Assembly: GCA_964036045.1 (NCBI GenBank) | Contig: OZ038378.1 | Coordinates: 158,162,001 to 158,226,000 of the forward strand | Reading direction: 5' to 3' | DNA: 64,000 nt | Source of the DNA: Eutreptiella sp. 'Long Island Sound 2002' | Lineage: Eukaryota > Protista > Euglenida | Part shown: positions 25,031-36,450 of the stretch, one piece after another | How positions within the stretch are numbered: the first letter of the stretch is position 1 | How the letters are laid out: the number at the start of each line of letters is the position of its first letter | Notes under the pieces: generated by a model | What the model saw: the letters and a program-made list of their open reading frames with translations, nothing else | Database searches by the model: none | What the model was told of the DNA's origin: nothing | Position numbers and translations under genes: made by a program

Positions 25031-27520
25031 ACAACACAGAATGAGCATGCTGCCACAAATTGCAAAAGGTGGTCATTTGTGTAATCTTGTGGCAGTCCCG
25101 CAAACGCCGTAGGCTGAAATCAGCCTACATGGGGGCTGAGAATGCTATTTTTGGAGAACAGATGGTACTGCTGTTTGGTGTTCGGCTGATGTGCCACCTG
25201 GCCAGCCCACCATACATGGTTGAATGGTTCTTTCATAGGCCAATCAAAATAAAATTTGAGCCTAATGTCCATGGTGGCAGCAATGACCGTAGCGTGGAAA
25301 GGGATGCTATGCGAACGACCCCAAAAGAAGGGGGGGGTGGGGGTTATACGACACCCGGAAGTGATTTTCCGTTTGAGCACTTTTCAGCATGTGCCATCGC
25401 TTCGAACATGGTTTACACGTGTGCTTTGTACCCCTTGCATCTTTGTGATTGCTGAAGGGCTCACGTTGCCCACTTTTTGCACTTCTTTCCCGCTTGTAGA
25501 GAACACCTTGGCATTATTCCCTGTCGTTTTCAACATTTGTGACCTTTCCCATGTACCCTCAATGTTTCTTTCCTTCTTTGCACACACAAAAGCACACAGG
25601 AGCAAACACATTAACAAGCACAATCGCAACCTTTGAAAGAATGATGGTTGAAACTGATCGCACTATACCTTCAGATTGGCAAGAAAATATTGTGTGTGAG
25701 TCGCATGCCACTGTAGACCCAAGGAACCAGGCAACAAAAGGCAATTTGTGTGCGATTTGGTGAAAAATTCTGCGGCGGGGGGGGGGTGATTCTTCTTTTG
25801 AGAGGGGGGTCCATGGGCAGGGGGTCTCCTTTCCAAGGGATGGGTCCATTGGCATGGGGGATGGCAGGATGCTGAAGAGCGCAACACAATAGTGGGAACC
25901 TGGTGGTTGGTGCTGATATGATGGGCACCAGGGATGCCGCAAGAAAAAGACATGGTAAACCCAAGCTGAGGGACAGCACAACAAAAACCAGGTGTATTGT
26001 GGCCATGTGGCACAGCAACATGCAGGAATGTGCAAAGGAAGGGGGAGTTGCATGCAATTCCACGCTGTGCACTGTACTGCAACACCATGCCACTGGGCCT
26101 GAAATTGGGACGAAATCAATGGCCATGTAAATTGATATACCAAAACTTTGCACAGCATACGCACAGAGCGTGCAACTCCCTTAGTCAGTGTGGAGGAAGC
26201 TTCGAGAACACTGACACCTGTCTGACAGAGCCGTCTGCCTCGAGGACCGGTTCCGGCAACTGACATGATCTGCTTTTTGTTGCTGTTTGTATCTAACAGA
26301 GGGCGCAGAGCAGAATGGAGAAAAGCTGGGACTGTTCCCGCTGAACCCCCTCTGCGTCAGGAAGGTTTCTTGCGGGCAGTGATTCTTATTAGGAGCAAAC
26401 AGTTCGTCATCTGTGGAGCTTGGGAAGCAGGAGAGATCAAATCGCAAAGAATTATCAAAGCAATTGGATGCACCACCACCTTTCTGTATTGTGATCTCTG
26501 GTCAGCATCTTCTTTGATTGCACATTAATTCTGACAGACACCTTTGGGGTTCATTTCTGCACTCCTGTCCTGGTGGCATGCTCAGTATGCATTGACATGG
26601 CACTCACATCTGTAGTATGCATTGACATGGCACTTACAATCACCTCATTTTACTTGGCAGGGGTGACTTTGGGGTGTGCTTACGGCAATCACATGCTGGG
26701 TCCGCTGTAAACACTCCATCTATAAAGCACCTGCTGAATTGCGTCAGCAGATGGTGTCTTCAACGGTCCTTTGGGGCGAGAGTCACAGAGTTGAGAGTTT
26801 AACAAGGGGTGGGGGTGCATGACCGTGTAACGTAGCAAGGCTCACCTGTATCACCACTGTGGAGCTGTCCACTGCATACAATCAGCCCACCACAATGCAA
26901 CAACCCCGCCAAGGTTTACCTGAAGACCGGGTCATGAGTCTTAGATGGAACAATAATGAAGTAAAAGAGCATTTGCTGACACCGCTTGCAAACACTTGTT
27001 CATTCTCCTCGTTCGACACAGAACCTCAAATTGCGTGTCCCTTCCTCATCTGGCAACCTCAGCATAGTTGACCACCAAACCCTTCCACAGGCAACAGCCC
27101 CTGTGCAGTCACTTGGCTGCACTACATTGCCCGGGCACGCAGAGGCACCGTTGAAGTGCCACATGTGCTCCATGTCATCTTCTTTTTTATTTTTTTATTT
27201 TTTCAACTCTTGACCGAAGTTCCACCAAGTGTCCGCCGAGAGTACACCAAGCAGGTCATGGGTCAGTGACTGGGCGGTTTCGGATGTGGGCTAGGTATGA
27301 CCTATCCCAACCAAGCCAGCTGCGGCGGGAGGAACGCTCCATGTCATGTTCACGCGCTTGTCTTGCACACAAATTTCCTGCCACGGAGTATAGGGTTGGG
27401 CTAACGTGGGCTGAGGGGATGGCGCTTTTTTTGTTGCTCCGGCCTCTTGGGAGCAAGCTACGGCTGTTTGGGACCAACCCCACTCACTGCAATTCCAAAC
27501 CAGATGTGATCCCCTCCCAA

Positions 27521-27859
27521 CTACCCAAATCGACCATCCCCACACTGTGCATCTGTCCGTAGCTCAATATGGTGTTGTGCAACTAGGGCTTGATCACAAG
27601 CCCACAGACTGTGATTGCTTGCAGGAGAGCGTCCTTGCTTTAGGCCACGGGTGGAGGGCAAACTTGCTGGGGACAATTTCCACAGGGACAATTTTGTAAC
27701 CTCTGGGAATCCCCTAGCTGAGCCATACAGCATGCCCCATGAATACTTCCTGATCATCAACAGCCTTTCAAACACCATTGTAACACCTGGGGCGGCTTTT
27801 GATTGGATTGAAGCAGCATCTGTTGGCTCAAACACGTTGTTTAAGGGGTTGTTCGCCAT
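27521..27859 (-). pseudogene. Decayed RT fragment
   Basis: LPSTRGLKQGRSP resembles the RT motif PTRGLKQGCPLSP. Confidence 0.35.
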
Positions 27860-28214
27860 CCCCCCTCATGCTTCCCTTCCATATCCCCCACATCCCTACC
27901 CATCTTGTCACCTTCACATATGGTTTGGCATGTTCACCTCACATACAGTTCACCACCTTGCACGTCACCACATAAGAAATACAACATGCCAATAGTTCCG
28001 AGATTTAGCAAACACGGGCAAAAGGAAAAAAACGTCAAGGCAGGTACTCCAGTTTGGTTGGTCACCCTCACGGATCATCCGAGCAGCTTGATGCACCAAC
28101 GGGTGCAGACATGCAACATATAATGCGCTACTAGCATGGTGACCAAAGCTCCATGGAAATGGGTGACGTTGCCTAGAGTTGTCAGGGTGAAATGTCACGG
28201 TGAAGTTTCATCAG

Positions 28215-28277
28215 TACTCGCGTTGACACTCAAAAAAATATTAAAAATTTTTTTTTCTTCTGAGTGTCACGCGAGTA
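28215..28277. repeat. Hairpin-forming inverted repeat, probably a transposon end
   Basis: tactcgcgt(t)gacactca / tgagtgtcacgcgagta flanking an A/T loop, followed by two more ctcgcgtgacac copies. Confidence 0.7.
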
Positions 28278-29077
28278 CACTCGCGTGACACTTTCTTACA
28301 CTCGCGTGACACTTGCCCCAGCTCTGGGTTGACGTTCCCCCACCTCTCAACAGCAACAAGAGCAGGGCCGCACATGGGTCTGGGAGAGTGTCAGGGTGGG
28401 GCAGTTTTGCAGCCAAAGATGGAGTGCTCGCCATTACCCGAACCTACAAAGTGAGTGCTGTACATGGCCTGATTTTCACAGCCTGAAGGATGAGGGATCA
28501 TAATACCTCTGATGTTGCGTGGTACTGGGGCAATACAGCACATGCACATCGAGAACCTAGAGCCAGGTTGACCGTGAGGATGGTTGACTGAAGCATCGCA
28601 ACTCCCAATACCAATATCACTGTGAGCAGTTGGCAAGTGCACCCAGGCGTCAAAATCACAACCTTTGTCCTCAAAACATGACTGATATTGAAAGGAGAAT
28701 GGTCGCCAAACTACTCCAGCACGGGACAAGTCCCCATTGGCACAAATATGAGCAGATACACAAATATGCACAAGCAGAACAGATATCAGCCTTGTCACTC
28801 AAACAGAGAGACAACCGAATGTTCAGTTCAGAAGCATCAGGTGCTTTCAACTAAGATGACTGAAGTGGGTTGAAAAGGTCAGTTGGAAGTTTAAATCATG
28901 CGATCATCAGGTATTGTATCATGAGGTCGCCAATCAATAGTAATGGCACACGTACACACGCCGGGATAAATAGATTAGTTCGATAGTGTAAAAAGGAGGA
29001 GAGAGGTCAGGCTGCATCCGACGAGAAATTTCCGCATACCGATGGCCACAATCAAGAAAAATTGTCCCGCATTCAAG

Positions 29078-31636
29078 TCAAAACTCGCAGCCATCCACGA
29101 GAGACATCCACATAATAAACTCATCCAGTGATAATCTCGAATCCCCGTTGAAATCATATCGCTGAATATCTCCTTTGTACTTGTCCCAAGTCTCATTCAG
29201 TCCCTCCGAACAAAGCCCCTCTTGAAGTTCTTGCATCGTGAGCAGCCCATCATGATTCCGATCATATCTGCGGAAGATCTCAACAATCTTATCATTGGAC
29301 ATCTTTCGTCTGGTCACTGGGTCATCAGAAGCCTCATAATGCTCAATGTAATGATGAATGACCTGGAGAGGGACTGTTGGGTACAGGAACTGCAGCACCT
29401 GATGGAAAGCACACGCGGTCTCAACGACTCCTGTTGCCTCACTATCAGTCTTGAGCTTCTGTGCTACCTTTTGTGCACGAAAATGAAGCCGTGCTATGGC
29501 CTGACTCTGTTGATTGGCACCACTTGCACCGCCCAGTTTTCGCCCACGCAGATGTGCAACTGCGCACCAGTTCAATAACTCCTGAAGGTCGACCAGCCCA
29601 CTGTGCGAAGTATCCAAACTATGAAAAGCCTTTTGAAGTAAGAAATAGTCATCACGTGCGATAACTCGGGAGTGAAAGTTTGCTTCTACCTGTGCCCTAA
29701 TGTGAAATTCATAGCACTTGGACACTGTCTTCAGAGACCGCACTCTGGACAACTTGGTATTGCGGCACAGCAGCTGATGAAAAGCGTGCACCGCTCTTAA
29801 GGACATCGGTGGATTTTCACTGATATCCAGCACTCGAAGTTTGCGCAGCCAGAGCAGGACTGTAAACAGCAGTTCAAAGCTGTCTGAGTCTAGATTATTG
29901 TCACGAAGGATGAGCTCCTCAATATCACGGTTCAGCAAAAGAACGTCAATAAGTGGTACAAGTGTGTTGAGCCCTGCACTCGCTGCGACGAGCGTCTTGA
30001 TTGCATTGGGTGGAACCTTTGAGCGGTCTGGCAGAGCATCAACGACTTTTTGGCTCACGGGCACAGCACAGCGTTGACACTCGGAGCGGTATACATCTAC
30101 GGCAGCCACAGGATTTGCAGACAGCCATGCAATACGAGCCTGAGACTCCATGATCTCTACTTCCGGGGCCTTCAGGTTGGGCCTACGGACCTGCGTCTTT
30201 GGAGCAGTTGAAAGGTTGAACGGCTGAACTTGTGTCGTCCGAACATCACTGACAATTGGCAATAGGAGCTCTTTCGCAAAGTTGACGTATTTTTCTTTGG
30301 ACAATCCAGTGCACCAAATGTCCACAAACATGAACATGGAATTATAAAACTGTTCCCAGTCCATGTACTCTTCGCCCTTGCTCTCCACATCCCATTCCAC
30401 TTCCGCAAGATCGTCACACTCTTTTTTGCTGCCTTCTGGCACAACCTTCCAATACAAACATCGATACAGCATTTTGTAGCCACGCTTCGTGAGTTTATCG
30501 TTTTCCAGCGGAAGCCCCTTCCAAATGTCCTCCATAACCTGCCGGAGCGAGTCGTCTTTGAAATTTGCTGATCGCTGTTCGATAGCTGTTGCATGCTCCT
30601 GATTACCTCCAAGGTTCCTCTTGCCGGCAGGTTGCAGCTTGGGGGAGTTACCTGCACGATTTGGGCTGCTACTCCGGGCCTGTTGAGGGCTACCAGATCG
30701 GGTCTTGCGGGGACTGCCAGTGCGGGGACTTGACGCTTTGCCGTGTGGACTTGAGGTTCTTGAAGAGCTGGTTGTCGAAGGGCTGCCAGGTTTTGTTGGG
30801 CTACCTGATCTTGTGGTTCTGAAGCGCAACTTCGCAGATCTTGGCGATGTAGTGGGGAATGTGGACGGAGATCCGGCCGTCGGGGTTGTGGCCCGGGGGG
30901 ATTGCATTGGTGCAAGCAGAATGGGGCCTTTGGGGGAGGGTGAGCCGGGCGCCCCTTTGTGCTGTGTCACAACTGTGGCGCTGGGGATGCATGAGCGACG
31001 TTTGCCTGGCTTCATCATCGCGGCGAACCGTTCCTTGTTGCTCCCAATCAAGTGCTGCACTTTCTCAACCTCCTCATCTTCCGCCTTTGCTTCCTGAAGC
31101 CGATCACGTAAAAGGGACGGCGAGCCAACCCGTGGCCGCACAGCACGTGGGGAGACAAAAAGTGCTGGCACCTCTTCACCAGTGGGATCAGGGCGTGCCT
31201 TCAGGCCCACAACTTCCGTCTCAGCAGTACAGAAATCCTGGGCCCCCGTTGTGTGTGCGCGTCCAAACCGGTCCCCTGGAACACGGGAACTGCAGGTCCG
31301 AAGACACATGTCTGGCTCTCCATCGCTGGCGTGATCTGCGTCATTGGACACAGGCATCATGATTGCAGTGTCATTGAAGGATCTGTTGGGCACGATCCGG
31401 GGCGCCATTTCCTTGTCCAGTTTGGAGTAGCATTCGGCAGATCTGCACCGCTGCCGCGACCCTTTGATAGGGGTGCTGTAGGTTCGGAGAAAGGCTGGGT
31501 CTTGCGCAGGCTGCTTCCTTGTCATGTCCTGTACGGACATTGTCCCGCCAAACTGTAGCCGTTCATTTGGGAGATCATTCAGAAAATTGTCGAGTTCGCC
31601 TTTTGATATAAATGGTTCATTCATGAGTGTGCACAT
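29078..31636 (-). CDS. Intronless LRR plus EF-hand protein (about 852 aa), SL-bearing retrocopy
   Basis: Uninterrupted ORF; first ATG after the SL is at 31636 (MCTLMNEPF). S/P/T-rich N-terminal half, LRR (ELILRDNNLDSD..LRVLDISENP), EF-hands (DTSHSGLVDLQEL, DRNHDGLLTMQEL, DFNGDSRLSLDEF). Confidence 0.85.
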   Translation of the reverse strand: MCTLMNEPFISKGELDNFLNDLPNERLQFGGTMSVQDMTRKQPAQDPAFLRTYSTPIKGSRQRCRSAECYSKLDKEMAPRIVPNRSFNDTAIMMPVSNDADHASDGEPDMCLRTCSSRVPGDRFGRAHTTGAQDFCTAETEVVGLKARPDPTGEEVPALFVSPRAVRPRVGSPSLLRDRLQEAKAEDEEVEKVQHLIGSNKERFAAMMKPGKRRSCIPSATVVTQHKGAPGSPSPKGPILLAPMQSPRATTPTAGSPSTFPTTSPRSAKLRFRTTRSGSPTKPGSPSTTSSSRTSSPHGKASSPRTGSPRKTRSGSPQQARSSSPNRAGNSPKLQPAGKRNLGGNQEHATAIEQRSANFKDDSLRQVMEDIWKGLPLENDKLTKRGYKMLYRCLYWKVVPEGSKKECDDLAEVEWDVESKGEEYMDWEQFYNSMFMFVDIWCTGLSKEKYVNFAKELLLPIVSDVRTTQVQPFNLSTAPKTQVRRPNLKAPEVEIMESQARIAWLSANPVAAVDVYRSECQRCAVPVSQKVVDALPDRSKVPPNAIKTLVAASAGLNTLVPLIDVLLLNRDIEELILRDNNLDSDSFELLFTVLLWLRKLRVLDISENPPMSLRAVHAFHQLLCRNTKLSRVRSLKTVSKCYEFHIRAQVEANFHSRVIARDDYFLLQKAFHSLDTSHSGLVDLQELLNWCAVAHLRGRKLGGASGANQQSQAIARLHFRAQKVAQKLKTDSEATGVVETACAFHQVLQFLYPTVPLQVIHHYIEHYEASDDPVTRRKMSNDKIVEIFRRYDRNHDGLLTMQELQEGLCSEGLNETWDKYKGDIQRYDFNGDSRLSLDEFIMWMSLVDGCEF

Positions 31637-31656
31637 TGCAAGGATTCCATGGATAA

Positions 31657-31683
31657 CAAAAAATAGACACTCAGAAAATGAGC
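31657..31683 (-). other. Genomic copy of euglenid spliced leader (SL copy 1)
   Basis: Minus strand gctcaTTTTCTGAGTGTCTATTTTTTG, 20 nt upstream of the ATG; not followed by a GT donor. Confidence 0.9.
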
Positions 31684-31780
31684 AGTTGTACACAGGTCAA
31701 TGAACTGGGGCACCAATCAAACATCAATGTGCTGCTCGAAAAATAAAATGCAATGGATATTGCCACATACCAGGCAAATA

Positions 31781-32163
31781 CCCCCCCCCCTTGCGCAAGC
31801 ACGGCCGCGGTCCCAGAAATCCGGCCAAAACGGCGGTTCAACACCCACCCCGTGCTTAGACAAGGCCATGCATGCGCGTGACACATGTGACAGCCAGACC
31901 AGGAATAACATTGTTAGCCATGGCTGAAAATCACATCAGAACAAGCAGCATGGGGTTCCAATGTGTGGTACAATGTTGTTATGAACAGAATGCACCATCA
32001 CAGACATGGATGAGCCCCTCTTTCCCTGTACAAACGCTCTACAGACACCCAATCCTCCATTCTGAACCACAAAAACAGCGGTCCCAAAATTTCCTCAAAA
32101 CGGCGGTTCAACGCCCACCCCGTGCTTAGACAAGGCCGTGCATGCGCAAGGGGGGGGGGGGGG
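31781..32163. mobile_element. MITE with poly-C/poly-G-tipped TIRs and TA target duplication
   Basis: ta|C10-ttgcgcaagcacggcc ... ggccgtgcatgcgcaa-G14|ta (one TIR mismatch); internal direct repeat aaaacggcggttcaac.cccaccccgtgcttagacaaggcc. Confidence 0.75.
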
Positions 32164-33269
32164 TACGAATGTGTGGACCTTTTTCTGAGCATTCTCTTGA
32201 CCCTTGAGAGCCTTGCGTTCGCTTGCTGGAGGCATCCCTTTTAGGTGGGGCCGCAGGGCTGTGGTATTTATTCTTGGCAGACTCAATTTTCCTAAAATAA
32301 TGAATGTGTGAGCTTGCTCACTGTCACTCCATGACCGATACATTATTTCCTTGGGTTGACTTTCTTTTGGACCCCAGGTGGCCTTGCCAACCAATGCCCC
32401 GAGAATGCGCTGACAAAGCATCTGAACATCAGAAGGCTCGGTGGACGACCAGGGCGCAAGCGGGGAGCCACAAAGGTGTCAATGGGGGGAGCAGCAACCA
32501 TGTTCAGAACGATGGCAGCGAAAGGACTCTGCATCAGCCCGTGCCAAGGGTTTGCACAACGCTGGATGTGGCCACATTGCTAAACGGCAAGCTACAAACT
32601 ACCCTATCTGCACTCGAAAAGCATGATCACACCTTGGAGAAAAGTGTGCTCGAAAAGCATTGATTGCTCCGTTCCTAGATAGCATACAAGTTTCACGTTG
32701 GGCGTCCGCGTTTGCAAGAGCGTTCGCATATTTGTACATTAAGTACCACAACCATCTCCACTTTCGGTGTCATCGCCAGCAGTGGTCATCCTCCCAACCA
32801 GTCATCAAAAGGACCAGGTGGCACACCCAATTTGCCTTCTCACCAGTTTCCGGGATGGCGAAAATGATCGACTTGGATCAGATCTAGAGAAGCAAGACGT
32901 TCCCCAACTCAAAAAAAAAAAAGTGAAATGGGGTGTTACACCCAAAATTCCAAAATGGTTGTTCCCGGCTGGGTGTGGCCACTCTTCTCCCTTGGGTACC
33001 CTGGACTTGGGATTGCAGTCCATCCCTACATAGGCATACAAATGTGGATCAGTTAGACTCTGGGTTTGCAGTCCATAGCACCAACATGCAGACGAACACG
33101 GAACTGTTTCAGGTTAGTCATGCCCACCAGTTTTGTAATCAACCGATTCCAAAAGTTGTGTGGATAAGAGTGCATAATACTTAGTTGCTTGCAACGTGGC
33201 TGACAACACGTGCCAGCAGATCTGCCTTGTTCCCCCAAACAGACAGACCATACCTACAGCAAACAGCCC

Positions 33270-33650
33270 TGAGTTCACACAACACCCACCCCTTCCTTCT
33301 TGAGGGCCCAAAAGAGGGCGGAATTGCTACATAACCCCTGCCTCCTCTGGGGTCCCCAAACAAAGGGGAACAAAATCAGAATTGGCTAGCTCACCCCTGC
33401 CTTCTCGGGGGCCCAAAAGAGGGCGGAATTGCTGCGTAACCCTTGCATTCTCGGGGGTCCCCAACAAAAGGGGAACAAAATCAGAAGTGGCTGCCCCAGC
33501 CCTGCCGCATCGGGGGTCCCCAACAAAGGGGAACAAAATCAGAAGTGGCTGCCTCACCCCTACCTTCTCGGGGGCCCAAAAGAGGGCCGAATTGCTACGT
33601 AACCATGCATACTTGGGGGTCCCCGAATAGGGGTTCAAAAAGGGCCCTCA
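33270..33650. repeat. Diverged short tandem repeat family (about 60-bp modules)
   Basis: Recurrent cccctgccttctcgggggtcccc / caaaggggaacaaaatcagaa modules; related copies at about 63260-63360. Confidence 0.75.
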
Positions 33651-34539
33651 CGGGGCTAGTGGAAAAAGACGTCTCACGGGGGTCCTAGATAGTTCAGGGT
33701 AACCCTACAACCAACGTTCATTGAGGGAACAAAAAAAGAGGGTCTTAGTGAACGTCTTGCAGAGAGGCGGAACCGTTCATTCGCATTGCCACGTCGCAGT
33801 TTGTGCCATAATACCCGTGGCCTTATTGGCCAAAAGATTCGACCTCCCCAAAATTGGTCTTGGTCAATTGACCAAGGAATCATGGACAGTGGTGAAGCTC
33901 CAAGTCCATAGATGCATTATAATTCCTCCCATGTCTTCACGTTTCCCATTCCCAAATCTACAATAATTGAGAACCTGCTGCATGCGAAGCCAATTCAGGA
34001 CAATGCCTGCACTACACACATGCACAAACAAGTAGGATAATGTGATGCTCCAACACGTGCCAGCACTCTTGCCTCCACCTATCTTTCAGTCAAGAATCCC
34101 ACTCACCTGACCTAAGGTACCCTCGAAACCAACCTCCCCGTTGTTGAGCCTATGGGAAACCGCTGCTCGGGCATACACACCCACAAGCTGGACGAGTCCC
34201 CCTTGCCCACTTGCCTTGCGCTTGCCTAGGATAGTCGTGTGTGTACCCGCACAGGACGCGGCGAGGCGCAACCGCCAGGATCGAAGATCCCGCCGCTAAA
34301 GGGCCATGATTTTTTTTCCCGATCAAACAGGCCAAAACTGAAAGTGCCAAGGCCTGAAGGGCAAGTTGGATTAAGTACAGATTTCGGCAATGCTTGGGTC
34401 TGCACACGGGATTCAGCTCCTGGCTGGTCCCCCATCCCCCATGGTTCCCCTGTTGACGTTGTCATGCTAGTTCTCATGTGTGCACCTGTGAGTTGCTGTG
34501 GTGGTAGCGGCAATGCGTAACCTACTTTGTGTCATTGAG

Positions 34540-36450
34540 GTTCAGTGTGACGTGGTGTCAACGCACGTTGGTTGTGCCGTAAATAGGTGAATCTCCCATT
34601 CGTTAGGGTCCTAGTGCGCTTTGTGTCGCTTTGGTAGAGGGAGTAAGGGGATCTCCCACAAAGTGGGGCCCCATACCTCCCTTGGTCTCTTCCGGTGCAG
34701 ATACAATTGCTGGTGTATGTGTCGCATTTTTGTGGTGTATAGTTGGTGCATCGACTGTTGTGCGCTTGTTTCGAGTCGTTGATGGCGAGCCCACCCCAGT
34801 GCATGGTAGAGTATGTGTGGTGTATAGCTGCAACACGTGTCAGTTAGTGCTTGTAGTCTATGCAAGTATTCCGTGAGCCGTTCATACAGTCCTATTATTG
34901 TTGCGCTCTTTGTGTAGAGTGGAGAGTCTCTGCTTTGTGGCATAATAAGCCTTAGTTGTTTCAGAGACGTGTTGTTGCCACATGTGGTATGCATTTGGTC
35001 TTCTATGTGTGTAGTCAGAATGGTGTGGTAGGCTTGTTTTGTGCCGAGTGCGCTGTCATAGAGTGACAGTAGATCCCTCAAGTGCTTCGTGATGTGAGCA
35101 CAAATAGAGGCATATCGGTATGCCTGCGTCACGCTGCGTAAGTGTCGGTGGGTAAGGTCCTCCATGCATTTTAGCGTTGATGTCCACTGGTGGTGCAGCA
35201 TATGTGTGTGTTGTGGTTGTTATCGAATGGAGGATGGTACGTGTAAACTAGCGCGCGGCTTCCATATCGTTGGCTTGTCGGGCCTCTTGAAGCCATGTGT
35301 CTACATCGATCACTGGTTGGTTGTGTTCGTGGCTTAGTTTACGTTTCCGTGATGTTCCGCGAGGTGCTCCCACCATATTACGTAGGTTTTGTGGTGCTTC
35401 TCGTGGTGCATAGTGTTTTGCATTAAAGCGCGTGATCCATAGGGGTGAATGGGGCAGGTCGGGTGTAGGGGCCACTACCTTGCAATGCAACCCCCGGACT
35501 CCACATATTGCTCGGAACTAGACACGACCGCGTCCTGGAGTGGGGCATATTCAGCTGCATTGTATTGCAACACCAGCCCTTGGCTTCCCATTTTCGCGCC
35601 CATTGTGTGGCTCCGTTAAACACCCATTGGGAGTCTGATCACTGCCAAATCTGTTGTCAGGTACATATATGCAAAAGCCGAATGATGGCAAGCGGTTCTG
35701 CTGCGTGATTGGTCTGGCTCAAGTGGGGGGCCATGAGCAACGGATACTGGACTCGCATACACCCCCGTGACACAGGTATATGGTCATGGTCACAAATCAC
35801 AGTACATTGTGTCAAGTGGGGGGGCGTTGTACATCGCGAGTTCCCGCTTGCCTTCAATAAAAGTGCCATATCCCCCTATGCAACCCTCGGATGCATCACA
35901 TTTGGAAGAGCCATTGGTGGACGCTGGTAAGATCTGCCTCAAAAGGGGTCCTGCCAAGACAAGGCGCATGTATTCGCTGCATGGTTCTTTTGGACTGCTC
36001 TTTTTTCTGAGAATAGTGGCCGCTAACCCCCCATACAAAAGGCTTGGATCAGAAATGGGGGAGTGCAGAGCGTTGGCAGAGGACTGAGCAAACAATGTCA
36101 GTGAGCTTTGCCTTGGCTTTGGAGGGTATGAGCTTGGTGATTCTCAGTTGCCAATCTACAGGTACGCGGTGCCAGTGCTCAAAAAGAGGAGCCGATTATG
36201 GTGTGCGCGTTTAACCTGTTTTCAAGGTTGACCACGGCCACATCAAGGCCCCGACCCTTTTCATGTTGTTCTTTGCCTCCACGATGTGGTACAGAGGTCT
36301 GGCTGCCGGTCCGGGGTCTGAAAGTAGGTAGTGCTCTTCCGTTTCGTGACCCCCTACGGGAGGCACGACTCGGTGGATGTTGAGAGGTTCATCCGTGATC
36401 CTCTGCCAAGGACCAAGGCTGAACTTGCTCATCATCCCTCTGCCACTAGG
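34540..36450 (-). pseudogene. Decayed retroelement-like coding remnants
   Basis: ORFs 34611-35201 and 35248-35490 have the A/C-rich bias of the other elements here; GHETEEHYLLSDP near 36330 resembles a degenerate LINE CCHC region. Confidence 0.3.

Noticed and set aside
25559-27213. Possible host exons (several 70-235 aa ORFs)
   Set aside because: No recognisable motifs, consistent strand or splice pattern.
28258-28268. Fourth SL-like match (ttctgagtgtc) on the plus strand
   Set aside because: Only 11 nt, lacks the TATTTTTTCG tail, and is one arm of a hairpin repeat.
28623-28632. tgagcagttg also found at 31679-31688, a possible TSD of retrocopy 1
   Set aside because: No adjacent poly(A), and it overlaps the GCTCA shared with SL copy 2; kept only as a possibility.
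29078-31693. ORF-track start at 31693 (871 aa)
   Set aside because: The upstream codons include the SL itself; the start was moved to 31636.
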